From assembly GCA_010015805.1 (NCBI GenBank), contig ML978142.1, forward strand, positions 1 through 64,000: DNA of 64,000 bases, read 5' to 3'. Position 1 is the first letter of the stretch; each line of letters opens with the position of its first letter. The notes beneath the pieces are model-generated. The model saw only the letters and a program-made list of their open reading frames with translations, did not search any database and had not been told where the DNA came from. A program made the translations under genes and the position numbers. The stretch comes from Rhizodiscina lignyota (taxonomy: Eukaryota). Shown one piece after another: positions 12,126 to 25,042 of this stretch.

Positions 12126-13360
12126 TTACGGCGGGGTCGTTGGAATCAAAGGCGTCGTAACGGGCGCTGCACTCGACGGGCAGGCACACGGGCCATTATT
12201 GTCCACCGACGAAACCGGAGGAACAGTGCAATGCGCACTGGCTGTCCAATCCTGTGTTGTTGTGGTCTTGATCTCCTTGGGGCTCAATGCCTCCGCACGA
12301 ATCAGCACCGGGATGATGGCACCAGTGTTGAGCGAGAACGGGATGTGGTTGAGCACTTCCAAGATGGAGCCGATCTCACCCGAGTGGCTGGTCACTGAGA
12401 TGTACGTGTTGCAGTCGTGGGTGAAGATATCGTCGAGCACGACGCGACTGCGCACGTCCTCGGATGATTCCGTCTCGGCCGTCACACCATTCCACAGCGG
12501 GTCGTGCTCGTGGAAGCCCTCCTCGATTCTGAACGAAGGGAAGGATTCATGGATAAAGGTCTTATTGCTGCGGCGATCGCAGGTGTGGATACTGATGTTC
12601 TCGCGGAGCAGTTCCTTGATCATGGCGATGAACGGCTTATTCTTTGGTAACGGCAGACCAGTGAATGTCAAGTTTGCTGTTTGAAGGCAACGGAACAGCG
12701 GGCTGGTGTAGAAGCTGCCTGGGGTGGGGATCTTCTGAGCCTCGATTTCGTGCTTCCAGAAGGCGTTGGCCACGAGGGCAGACTGAATACCAGCAGGTGT
12801 GAGATGCGCATCAGCCCAGCTCGCGGTCGAGTTGCCGGTCAGCTCGGCCCAGTAGCACTGGAATAGCTTAGCGTTTACGAATTGTACAATGTGATGGAGC
12901 TAAGGCCTTACGTTCCAAGCGGGCGTGCCAACAAATGTCTGTTCAGCGTTGTGGAAACCCTCGGCGTGACGGCCGAACCAAATGACCTTGTACTCCACGT
13001 TTTTCGGTGATTCTTGGTTCAGACGAAGCACCTCACGCTCAAATCGCTGCCATTGAGTGAGATGCTCGCCTGGACGGCAGGTGTCGTCGGCATCGTACGT
13101 TCGATTGATCAAGCCGAAGTTCACAGCAGTCTATCGCCGACATTGTCAGTCAATGGTTTTCACAATTGGGTCAACAGGTTCTTGCATACATAGTCAAATG
13201 TTGAAGCATTCGTACTCGGGTCATCCTGCAGGAAATACCCAGGCACAGAAGTGTAATTCATGTAGTGGCCGCCATGCACGTACTGTGCATAGTTGGGCCC
13301 TGGGGTTGCTTGCGCACCCACAGCGAGGAGCGCAGCAAGAAGAGTCGCCGCAATTGCCAT
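12126..13360 (-). CDS. Secreted histidine phosphatase / phosphoglycerate-mutase family protein (Pmu1-like), 3 exons
   Basis: Signal peptide MAIAATLLAALLAVGAQA. Motifs GRHAEGFHN, DAHLTPAG, TSPLFRCLQTA, HTCDRRS, TSHSGEI. Introns at about 13189-13131 and 12911-12858. Confidence 0.85.
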
Positions 13361-14175
13361 GTCTTCAACGTGAATCCAGGAGATCAAAGGCGCTGAGAGT
13401 TTCCATGGCGCGGGGAGCTCTGTAGCTATTTAATACCTGCAGCGATTCTCGACCCAGTAACCGGTAGGATCCAGCGAAATATCGAGTACCTGCAGCATGA
13501 ACACACGTGCTGTCGGCTTCGAGTGATGTCATTGGCTGGGAGCAAGTCGCGTCGGCCAACGAACCACGAACGTGGATGAGAGCTGGTTGGCATCCCACGC
13601 CGAGGGCCAAGTCTTGCAGTACGACCGGGGCGATGGATGCGGAAGGTCGCAAGTTCATACTGTCACTGTCATGAAGTTACGAGTTCGCTGACCGGCCACT
13701 CCGGAGAGTTCGTGTCGGTTAGAGAGATGAGTTGAATAGTTGGGCTTCTGGATGCCCACGTGCATCAGAGTCCACAGTAACGGCTAGGGTCCATTTGAGA
13801 TATGCTGGCCGTTGACATAAAGGATGAACGTTATGGCTCGTTGGAAGCCGGTTTCCGGGAAATGTTGCTGAGAGTGACACAGCTTTGTCTCCATGTATAC
13901 ATATTGGGTTCAGTGGTCTTATTAGAGTCCTCTGGCTCTGTGGCTTCGATTTGATCCACGGAGAGTGCTGATCCGCTCATCCCAAACAGGAAATAACCCC
14001 CTTCTGTGCTTCCGCCGCCCTTAGGCTTGTTTGCCCAGGTGCAGACAATCAGCTGATTATAATGATTTTAAGAACTTAATATATACTATAACAGGCTGCT
14101 GTAGATGAAGAAAAGAGAACCAGACGAGAAGCCAACTTTGGCCTGAACCGAGGACTCATGTATCGGCGTCTCCAG

Positions 14176-15093
14176 TTAGTAGTCCGCACTCTTAGCGATC
14201 TCCTTCGTTGCTTCTAGATTCTTTTGATACTTTTGGATTTGAGCCGTCCATCTGTCCCAGGCACCTTGCCCCAAAACCAGGCGAAGGTGCTCCGTCTTAC
14301 CCTCTGCCATGCCTGTACCGGTAGCAGCTTCGAAAATGCGCGAGGCCGCCTTCTCTGGGCTACCGGGCTGCTTGCCTGCCATGCTTCCAACGTGTTGAGC
14401 GATCTGGTCGCAGATGGTGCCTCTGTACGCCTCGGAGACTGGAATCTGTTGCGCTGCGCCAGAGCCCAGGAAATTTGTTCGGAAGAAGCCTGGCTCAACC
14501 AGCAAAACGCGGATATTCCATGGCGTCACCTCTGCTGATAATGATTCGGAGAGAGCTGTACAGTTGTTAGTATCCCGCCCTTAGAAAGATCTAGAGGTAA
14601 AGTACGAACCTTCTAGCGCCCATTTGGATCCTGAGTAACTGCTCGCAGTGGGAAGCGCAGTGATGCCAGCAATGGAGGAAATGTTCACAATCGTGCCTGC
14701 CTTCCTCTCGCGCATACCGGGCAGCACCGCTTTCATGATTTTCATCGGTCCAAAGAAATTTGTCTCGAAATTTTCTCTGTACTTCTCTTCCGGAATATCT
14801 TCCATGGCGCCGCTGACCATATAGCCAGCATTGTTTACGAGCACGTCGATACCGCCGAACAGCTTTTCAGCATCGGCAATTGATGCTTTGATCTCATCAA
14901 GTGGCGCGTTCACATCGAACTGAACCCATTTGCCGCGACCGCCGTGCCCTGATGTTATCTTGTCGACGAGTTCAGTGTTCTTGGACGGATTTCGAGAGGA
15001 AGCGATGACGTTGTGTCCTTCTGATAGCGCCTTGAGTGCAATCTCGTATCCGAAACCAGAGGAGCAACCTGTGATGAACCAAGTTGGGGCCAT
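14176..15093 (-). CDS. Classical short-chain dehydrogenase/reductase (2 exons)
   Basis: TGCSSGFG, VNNAGY, NISS, YSGSK, VEPGFFRT. Intron 14609-14556. Confidence 0.9.
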
Positions 15094-15888
15094 TGTTGAC
15101 GATATTCTTGTTGAAGTTGTGAGAGTTCTCCTTGAAAAAGCTGAGAGCATGAAAGACAGGAAACCTTATTCTTCATCACTTCTACCACAAAACAATGAAA
15201 ATATATACTCGATGGCAGCCCGCCACGACCTACCTCTTTTGCGACCGTCGGTTAAAGGCCTCAATTGACGCCACTGAAGCAAGACAGACGGAGATAGTTG
15301 TTAGTGCCGCGAGCATGTATTGCTGAACGTTTGAGACAGGAGGCTGAATGGTAGTGAATGAAGATGCCCCTTGCACGGTGTATGGGAAAATGCCGAGGAA
15401 GACCGTCTGATATTTCGGAATCTACGGTGGAAAATTTTCCGATGTCTACTCGTACGAGATATTTCAGTCGTACTTTATCTTAAATCCGCAAATACATCTT
15501 ATCGCCTTTTCCTGGCGTTCCCATTGCGCTACATATTTCACCTCGTTCCATCAACAGGTGGCTCGTTCGGACGAGCCGCATAATGTCCGTTTACATAGCT
15601 CTTAAGCTAGTTCCTGCTGCAGTTCCCCTTTATGAGACCTAAGTCATCCAGGCGCTTCTGGGCGACGATGTACACAGTGGACGACTTTCGACGGAACTGA
15701 ATCATAAATCTCCTGTCTTGAACATCCGGGATCCGTTCTTTGCACAATAAGTACGTAATTCGGAAATATTTTGATCTTGGAATAGATTTTGTAGAGAATT
15801 GCGATTCCCTCAAACTTTGATTACATCTGCGGAGGCCTTGCTCACCTCCAGCCATTCTCTTCTAAACAAAGCTGACAGGACTTATACT

Positions 15889-17801
15889 CTATTTCTTTAC
15901 GAGACCTTCTTCAGTCGCTTTGATCTGCAGCGCAAGGAGCTTCGAATACGAGCGGCACAAAGCGAGATTCCCGCCCATGAACCATAGTTTTGGATGGCCA
16001 GAAGGTCGCCACATCTACAAGTGAACGCTCATCAGTTGAGGTCGCGAGCTTATCGTTTTAAAGGACTTACAGCATTGACTTCTCCTTCTTCGTCCAAATC
16101 CCAGACATCTTTGCAACGATCCGCGATCTTATCTCCCAAAGATTTCCTGAGAGAGGTCCTCATGTTATCGTACCCAGTTGCGAGCACAACGACATCAGCT
16201 TCAAGCTCCCGTCCGTCTGCAAGCACTAAGCTGTTCTCTGTGAAACCTTTGATACCGTCGGGGCTCTGCACGACTTTGATTTTACCGTCGATGATGAGCT
16301 GAGTGGCACCGACATCGATATAGTAACCACCGCCTCGCGTGATGTATTTCCGAAAGATGCCCGAGCCATCGTTGCCAAAGTCGATCTTAAAGCCGACCTT
16401 CTCCAGCCCATCGATATTGGCAAGCTCCGCGGCCTTGATACGCTCGGTCAGGCCAACGTTCAGTGCAAATTGCACCGGGATTGGTAGACTCTGGCCAAAT
16501 ACATCGGCATCCTCAGTTGGTGGACCGTGCTCATCGTAAAGCCCTTTGTGAAGCATGAAGAGGCCGGTACGCGCAGAGATGACATATGTTCCGCTCCGTT
16601 GCAACATCGACACTTCTGCACCGTTCTCGTAGTAGTTCTGAGCGATGTCATGGCCCGAGTTGCCCGTTCCTACGACGACTACTTTCTTGCCGGCAACATT
16701 GTCTCCGAATGTTGCGTCTTTATGTTGACTCCCATGGTAGACTCTGCCTTTGAAAGTGTTTTGACCAGGGAATGAGGGTATCTTCGGTTCGCCGGAATGG
16801 CCAGTACATAGCACGATATGCTGTGGTTTCACGGTTCGAGCTGGACTGCCCTTGCGGCTGATTTCCACGGTCCACGACTGCTTCTCATCGGAGAAGTCTG
16901 CTGACGCGACTGTTGATTTCATCCAAACATTGAGCTCCATGGCAGAGGCATATATCTCGAACCAATCTGCTAATTTGTCTTTCGGAGTGAAGAGCGGCCA
17001 ATTTGACGGGAATGGCATGTATGCCATGTGGGTATACTGAACGGGGTCATGGGTGACGAGCGTTCTGTAACGAAGTCTCCAGTTGTCCCCGATTCGGTCA
17101 TTCCTGTCGATGATCAGGCATGAGAGACCCAATGCCTGGAGTCTGGCTCCCAAATTCAACCCCGACTGGCCGGCACCAATAATGAGCACCGTCGGCTCTT
17201 CGTCTAAGAATTCAATAGCACGTTGGCGTCTTTCATACCAGTTCCCCTCGATGGCACCGCCTTTGAGCGAGTTATTTCCTCCGTGCGGTCGCAGATCACC
17301 GATTTTCTCAGGATGGCCATCCAGCTCCTGGAGCGATGTGTGAAGCATGTGTGCTTTCCAGGTATCATTGGGAACGGAGACGAGGCGGGCCATTCCTTTC
17401 CCCGATCCTACCGCAGTCTTGAATGAGAACATGAACTCAATCCAGTCTAGACCATCGATTGGTGTCTTCTTGCTGGGCGCAAATTGGCCAGACTCTTGAA
17501 TCTTGAGATCTTGAAGTCCAACTTGAGATAGAATTGGGCTGAGAAACTCTGAGATATTTTTCAATCCACGCAGAGTGCGAAAGTCCCAAGACAGAGCGAG
17601 ATGGTCCCGCCACCATCCATCCTCGTGTATGAGTCCTATTACGGAATTTACATCGCCACTAGCTAGGCGTGCTGAGAATTCAGAAAGCCAATCTTGTGCA
17701 ATGTCCTTGGGCGTCGAAAGCTCTTTTACGGAGATTGCAGCCCTGTCTTTTGACAATTGAGGAAGACTAATAGTGTGTAGGGCTTCAAGACTAGCTGCCA
17801 T
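15889..17801 (-). CDS. Flavin-containing monooxygenase with long N-terminal extension (type II FMO-like), 2 exons
   Basis: Rossmann motifs GAGQSG and GTGNSG, fingerprint FKGRVYHGSQH, ATGY. Last exon MWRPSGHPKLWFMGGNLALCRSYSKLLALQIKATEEGLVKK* follows an intron at about 16070-16015. Confidence 0.9.
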
Positions 17802-18472
17802 GATGAAGAATTGAAATCTCAAACAGTTATACAGATACGAAAAAAGACACTTACAGTTTCTATCAAAAGAGAGGTATCAAACATATAAATGTATCATGCT
17901 ATCGGTTGGGTGTCCCCCGAATCCGACGTCGGCCATTGGAGCGCTTGAATATCCTATTTTGAGACAGGGCATGCTCCCCAGGATAAGTTTCCGACGTTTG
18001 TCTAGCTGCTTTTTCTGCCCCACAGAAGGTGCGTGTCAATGGAAGCTGAATGGACGGCGTTGACATGGCCCGCAGTCACGACGACATATGTTTGCGGGAG
18101 CACCTGATGGCGAGCGAGGGAGACGCGATCCACTCCTTGCAAGGCTTTGAATATCAAATTTTGGCATCCTTGTCGATATCGGGCCAAGGATCGCCGTGGA
18201 CACGGACCGCCGATATCAACCCCGTAACCGTGGAAGATTCAAGATCGGGTCCTCGGACCCTCATCCGCTCTGTCTCAAAGATACAATCGGATTCTTCACA
18301 TTAGGAACACGAAGCATCCAATCTCTTAATCAAAGATCGACTTGTCGAACACCACCATTGATGTTGGTGTCGTAAAATCTGCAGTTGAACTATGGACCAT
18401 GCTTCATTGGCTAACGGGATGAGATTTCTAGGAGGAATGAACCAGTCGTTCTCTTCCACCCAGGCAGCATTA

Positions 18473-19279
18473 TCAGCGCTCTGTATAGCCACCGTCGACG
18501 ACCATAGCCGAGCCAGTGATGAATGAACTACGTCCTCCGCTCAGAAAGATTACCGCATCAGCCAGCTCCTCCGGCTTCCCAGCCCTTCCCATTGGCGTCC
18601 AAACCTTGGTTCTCTCCTCCATGGCCTTTATAATGAGAGGCGTACTGCGCGTCATTGGGGTGTCAATATAGCCGGGACAAACAGCATTGATGCGTAAACC
18701 TTGCCGAGCATAATCTTCAGAAGCCGTGCGCGTAAGGCCAATGACAGCATGCTTGCTCGCAGTGTAAGCTGTAGATGTGGGAATACCAGTGAGTCCGGCA
18801 ACGGATGCAAAGTTGACGATGGAACCGCGCTGTAGCTCACGGCCATCGATCGCCGACTTGATAGGATCTTGCTTGAGCATCACTTTGGCCGCAGCTCGTA
18901 GCACGTAGAACGTGCCATCAAGGTTGATTTCCAGAACTCGCTTCCAGTCCTTCGTCTCCGCGAAAGCTGCGCCGCCCTCGTGCTTGAAAGCTACGCCTGC
19001 GGCATTGACGACGTAGTCGATTCGTCCGAATGCCTGAACAACATTGTCGATGACTTTGTTGACTTCTGTTTCGTTCGATACATCCAGTTGGTGGGTAACG
19101 ACTTTGAAGTCCTTGTTCTGTGAGAGAGATTCCGCTTCCTTCTTCACGCTTTCCAACGCAGAGGCATTCAAATCCAGCAATGCTACGCCAGCAGCACCGT
19201 CGAACGCAAACTTTTTCGCGCACTCTCTCCCCATCCCAGATGCGCCTCCCGTGATTACCGCGTATCCTGGTACATCCAT
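18473..19279 (-). CDS. Classical SDR (secondary alcohol dehydrogenase / ketoreductase type)
   Basis: Intronless 268 aa: TGGASGMG, VNAAG, NFAS, YTASK, NAVCPGYIDTPM, VDGG. Confidence 0.92.
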   Translation of the reverse strand: MDVPGYAVITGGASGMGRECAKKFAFDGAAGVALLDLNASALESVKKEAESLSQNKDFKVVTHQLDVSNETEVNKVIDNVVQAFGRIDYVVNAAGVAFKHEGGAAFAETKDWKRVLEINLDGTFYVLRAAAKVMLKQDPIKSAIDGRELQRGSIVNFASVAGLTGIPTSTAYTASKHAVIGLTRTASEDYARQGLRINAVCPGYIDTPMTRSTPLIIKAMEERTKVWTPMGRAGKPEELADAVIFLSGGRSSFITGSAMVVDGGYTER

Positions 19280-19905
19280 GGCGTTATAAGTTCTCTACTT
19301 CTATACAGATAATAAAGTCAGTGCGGAGAATCTATCGAGCTGCGCAGCGTGAAATTATAGAATTAAACCCCAGAACAACTTTACAAGAAATACTCTTCCA
19401 ATCCTATTTCTCCACCTTGACAGGCGTGAGGAGATGACGACTTGGGAGGCCCAAGGCGATTCATCCGAGGTTGCACGGTGCTACGTGCCGTTACGCTACA
19501 ACTAGCTTGTAATGCAATAACTGTGATTCCCCGGATCCGGAAAAGAAAGTTAGAATAAATGCTGTTAGTTGGATCCCTCTTAAGACGAATTGATGATCAT
19601 GTGCTAATATGGGAGCACGGCGAGTGGGCTTGTGGGTGGTGTGTTTTCTTGGCCTTGCTTTAATCTACGATTTCATTCTGTCTCTAATAATGGGTTAAAT
19701 ATCTTGGGCAGTAATAACACAAAAGTAGAAAAACTCTAGTTTCGGTTCTCTTTCCTTTGTTTTTGTCAACATGTCGGCCATTATTACCAAGTAGTATCTG
19801 CGAGTCCTCTATCTCTATCAACAACATACACAGTTTGACGGTCCCATACCGCCTCTCTCCTCCATACTCCACAGGAAGCTTCCTTTCCACTTGTATAATG
19901 AAAGC

Positions 19906-20932
19906 TTACCAAGCACAGTGTCCGCCATCTGCTCTTAAATCCATTCCGGTGACGTACGAGCTACCATCCGCAAGAAGGAATACCACAGACGATTGATGCT
20001 CTTCCGCTGTGGACAGTCTTCCCAGCATATTACCGCCTTCCCAGAGATCTTTGAGCTGTAATTGCTCCAGCGTTGGAATTGTCATGGGACCTATGATGTA
20101 TCCGGGGCTAACAGTGTTCACCCTGATCGCCGGATGAATCCCATCATTGCCCCATTCCGCCGCCAGATTCCTCGCCAGTTGGAGTACAGCAGATTTCGAA
20201 GTGTTATATGCCGCAGTATCGACTCCCTGGATCTGTCAATATGTACCGTCTTATATTTCACCAATGTACCAGCGCTACGGGATCTTACTCTATTCACGTT
20301 CGTGCCAGACATGCTCCCAAACATTACGATACTTCCGCTCACCATCTGGCGATGGAATATCCGTGCTGCTGCCGTTGCACAAAGAAATGTTCCAATCACA
20401 TTGACGTCTATGATCTTCCGGAATGCACTGAGTGGATAATCGATAGCCGGACATCTTCCTGAGATGCCCGCCAGAGTCACAAGGCCTCGAATAGGATGCC
20501 TCGCCGCAGTCTCGGCTTTCTCGAAAGCTTTAGCGACGCTGTCTTCATTTGTCACGTCGCACTGTATGTAGACTATTTGGCCTCCTGTGTGCGTTGCAGT
20601 CGCAAGAAGGGGATCTTCGAAATGTCAGAGACTGCACTAGATCATCCTGCGCGTTAGGGAATACAGACTCACTCCATACTTCTGTTTCCGGAGATTCTGA
20701 TAGATCAGCGCTGATGATATCGGCACCTTGCATCAGCAAGGTCTTCGACAAGGAGACGCCCATGGTCCCAAGGCCGCCAGTCACTGCCTTTTCAGCGGCC
20801 GAACGCTTTGCAGGTTCATTCGTACGTACGGATAATAGTCCTGTGATCTAATCCAAAAAGATTATTGTGCTGACGCATTTCGACTTCCTCATCCTGCTGC
20901 ATGTTGAACTGTTCTTCAGACGCTGTACCCAT
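19906..20932 (-). CDS. SDR of the polyol (arabitol/sorbose) dehydrogenase-like group, 4 exons
   Basis: TGGLGTMG, CDVT, GSMSG, YNTSK, VNTVSPGYI, ADGGHCAW, assembled through three short GT-AG introns. Confidence 0.8.
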
Positions 20933-21663
20933 TATGTGACTGTCGTTTTGTCTATTTTGTCGACGTGATTGTTCAATAGCAGGCAGAAAGTTCAGAGGTA
21001 TGATAGCAGTACTGAATCAGCCGACTGAGGTTCTAAGGCTTTTAAATATAACTGGGATGCCAAAGTTGAGATTCTCGCTGCGAGCGCCCATTTATGTGGA
21101 GTGCATTGCAGATCCAGCCCGGGCCGTGTCGACGTCTGCCACTGCATGCCACTTCATCGGACTTGCACACCAAGAACAGCGCACACTACAGCACTACAAC
21201 GAATCGTCGAAAGATTTGAAACGTTTTTCAAGTGAACTACATGGCACTTGATTAAGTTAGCGGATATGACGAGCTGTGGACACGATTGCCATTCTAGGAA
21301 CTGATGTAGTGATTGCCCCGATGACAATTCGTAAGCTGAGTCGTGGTTGCAATCTATAGAACTACGAGGATGTATATCCTCGATAGTTAACATAAGTTAC
21401 AGACGCTAGAGCTGTGTGTTTTAGATAAACGAACTCTGGTATATAATATATCGACCTTTCAGAGATACTCTCGCTAACGTCGGAGAGGAAACCTCGCTTC
21501 TGCTGAACATGTTCAAACTTCATAGGACTCAACTATTTTGTCACCCTCGTGTGAGGCTCGGGTCTACGGGTGCTTGCACGCTTCAGACACGAAGACTGAC
21601 AGGTCCATTGCGAGTCCTGATGGTTATCCAAAGTTGATGCGCAGCATACAAGAAGATCAGCCT

Positions 21664-22814
21664 TTATAACTTTTGTCTTCTCGCGAAATCAATGGCTTTC
21701 TGGAAGTCAGCCAAGAACCTCCATCTCCCTTTCTCCTTCCATCCTTTCATCTTCCAATCGTTCGCAGATTGCGGATAAAGGTCTAAGACGTCTAATAAAC
21801 TCCAATCATGCGCCGCAATAACCAAGATATTCTCGTCGCCATCAAATGCTTTTATCTTATCTACCACTTCCCTGGCAGCGGCGAGATCAATTGCAGGAGA
21901 TTTTTCTCCAACCAGGACGAATGGCGTATTGTTTGCATTTCCCTGAGAAGCACAAGGATGAAAGGAATTGAATAACTCGCCAGGGCATGGGTATGGATTC
22001 AGATTTGGAACTTCGATCGAGTTTGGAAGCGGTGCATATTCGTGTGGTCTAAGTTCGGCACAATGATGGTAGGAGTCGCCACCCATGAACAGGAATGTGC
22101 TCGGATTCGTCGAAGTACGCGCCAGCGCGTTGATGTGTCCCACTGCATGACCAGGTGCATCTAGGAAGAAGAAGCTTCCGTCTCCGAAGAAGTCGATTGC
22201 TCTCATGTGGCCGATGGATATGGCAGACGATTCAAAGGACAGCTCAACGACCTCTCGATTGGCGAAAGCTTCTGATCTGAAAGGAGAGTTCTCGTTCTCG
22301 GGATAGCCAGGCCCCAGTTTCGCCTTGATGTCGGGCCCTACTATGAGCTTGGTCGTCGATGGGAAGAGTGATGGACGACCGATGTGGTCCCAGTGAGGAT
22401 GACTGCAAAGCAGTGAGCCGGCGAATAGAGAACAAACAACTGCACATACCTCCAAATGACTGCTTCTATCTCTTCAAGAGGAATTCCGTTGTCCTTAAGA
22501 ATTTCTGATATATTTTGCTTAACATCCACCTGGATACCAGCCCGCTCCCACTTCTTTACATGTTGAGAGACACTCGGGGGCAGATCATTCTTCCAGTCTT
22601 TGGGTGCCCCAAGATCGAACAGAAACTTCCTTTCTTTGCCCTTGGAATCTCTGTGCGTGACGAGAAAAGAGTAGGCCAGGGCATTCATTCGATCAAATCC
22701 TTTAATGACAGGACTCATGAATGCAGCTGGGCGTCCATTGATGATGCGGAATGTCGTGTCGAAGATGCGCACGTTGACTGTCTGATTCGATGGAGGAACA
22801 CTTACTGAAGTCAT
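21664..22814 (-). CDS. Metallo-beta-lactamase-fold hydrolase (AHL-lactonase/lactamase-like), 2 exons (22814-22450, 22402-21664)
   Basis: FLFDLG, spliced SHPHWDHIG (HxHxDH), DFFGDGS, APGHAVGH, GGDSYH, AAHD. Confidence 0.9.
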
Positions 22815-23599
22815 TATGGAGGACTAAATTAGCTGTTACTTGTGCTCCAAATTAATTTGCGATTATGCAGGATTACATCGCGCACTTCAGTTGAAAGCGA
22901 GAAGCAACTGTAGACTTCGCAAACTGAAAGACGTGGGAATAGAAGAAACCTCGGCTTGTCCCCCTCACTTAGATCGTCACCTGCGCACCAAACGTTATCC
23001 CAAGAAGGGCCAGCAGAGGGGGTCTGGAAGAACACGAGAAGCGGCGAAGAAAGGCAAAACACTGCTCATCTCGAATAGAAGCTCAAACTGACCGTAGTGT
23101 GAATAATGAGCTGACTTGGCTTCAAGTTAGCCTTCTGAAATTGTCGGCCGGCATCAAGAGTCAGATGTGATTGCTGAACACACCTGCTACTTCCAAGTCT
23201 CGCGGCAATTACTGAGATTCCTGACCATCTTGAATCTAAGCTCAATTGGCCGTTCCGGGAATGCTGTTAGCCATCTTAATATTGTGGATGTCACCTCACG
23301 CATAGCATTCGGCGACGGCCACCGTTATTTGGAGGTGGCTTGGCCATGTTAGATGGTTCCAAGTACTAAGGCGATTACTGGGATTCCTGGTTATCTCGAA
23401 GATACTCTCAATCGATTGTCCCATGACGTTGGTTGAGCCTCCTTCGAATGTTGAACCAGTCTTGAAAGCATGTTGCCCCGGTATAATCTACACATACGCC
23501 ATCAAGATGTAGGTTGTTTCGTGGGTCCTTGGATTCTTTATAGCAACTTCCGAGCATAATGAAAGCTACTCGAGCAATTGCGCTTCATCCACCGCAGTC

Positions 23600-24546
23600 A
23601 TGACGACCTTTGCGTACGTCTCTCGCATCATTTGCACTCTCCGTTGAGTATCAAGCTCAAACTGAGACAAGTATACAGCAAACAGTCCTTCTCAGCGTCG
23701 AACTGCGCCTCCTTCCGCCCAACTTACCCACGATCCCTCTACGACACCGTCCTCGCCGGCCAGCGCGATGTCTGCGTCGAGCTAGGCTGTGGACATGGTC
23801 TAATCTCACGCGCCCTCGCACCACACTTCGCACAAGTCATCGGCACGGATCCCAGCCCTGGAATTGTATCGCAATCACAGTTGTCCAGCCCACCTACCTC
23901 ATACTCCAAAGTGACGTTCCGACAAGCGTCTGCGGAATGGCTGCTATTTCTAGAAGATGGTTCTGTGGACTTGATCGTCGCGGGGCAGAGCGCGCATTGG
24001 TTCGACCAGAGTAGGTTGTGGCCGGAGATGGCGCGCGTATTAAGAAAGGGTGGGACGCTTGCGTTTTGGGGTTATAAGGATAATGTGTTTGTAAAGTGGC
24101 CGTATGCGACGAAGCTACTTCATAAAATGACGTCGCCTTTCACCAACGATCTAGAGACGCTGGGCCCATACTGGGAGCCGGGGAGGAAGATCGTCGTAAG
24201 GAAGTTGAGGGATGTGGTTCCGCCATCCGATATGTTTGAGGACGAGACCAGAATTGAGTACGAGCCGAACATGGACGGGAAGGGGAAGGGTAGTGGGGAG
24301 GGAACGCTGTTCGTACAGGCGAGGATGACGGTTGAGGGATTCAAGGAGTATCTGAGGACGTTTAGTAGCGTGCATTCGTGGCAAGAAAAGCATCCGGACA
24401 ATGTGAAAAGGAGCGCAGGTGGGAATGGAGATTTTGTGGATCTGTTATTTGACAGAGCGAGCGAGAAGGAAGATATCTGGAAACATGAAGAGGAAGAAGT
24501 TGACGTTGAGTGGGGGAGCGCATTGCTGATGGCTAGGAAGAAATAG
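23600..24546 (+). CDS. Class I SAM-dependent methyltransferase (Tmt1/Crg1-like small-molecule MTase), 2 exons
   Basis: ATG at 23600 and intron GTACGT..CAG. Motifs FRPTYP, ELGCGHG, GTDPSPG, AGQSAHWFD, GGTLAFWGY, VEWG. Confidence 0.85.
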
Positions 24547-25042
24547 CATTCCCACACCGATATTCAATTATTTGATCACGGAGAGCGAATCGGTCGAGTG
24601 CATCAAAGACTGACACGCTGTGCATGAATGCATGACTCGCGCGCAGATTGGGGCGCTTCTGCCCAGGCAACGCCTCGCAAACAATCAGGCCGCGACGCGG
24701 TCACTGCACAGGTGAAACATCGTGGGCCACTTCGCTCTTCCTTCTCACAAACATTTCTGAGCGCTTCTGCAAAGACACAAACCACTGGAAAGTCGATTTG
24801 AAGCTCGCTTCTTGCAGTACAAAGGTTACACAAAGCAATTCTCGTAATGGTATGTGCCATGACCCCCTAGCTCCCGCTCACTCGCGTCGCTCCCCTGGCG
24901 ACAATCCGCCTCCTCCGATGCACCGTAAACATTAGCCAAAATCACGCAAACACCACTTCTTCCCCATCTTCTCTTCTCCCAAGTCGCTCTTTGCCGGTAT
25001 ACCGTTTCATAATCAAGAAAACTGCACATTCACTTCTTCGAG

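Noticed and set aside
17900..23500. CCCCRG (CreA-like SYGGRG) sites upstream of the cluster genes
   Set aside because: Degenerate hexamers occur frequently by chance; enrichment cannot be shown without computation.
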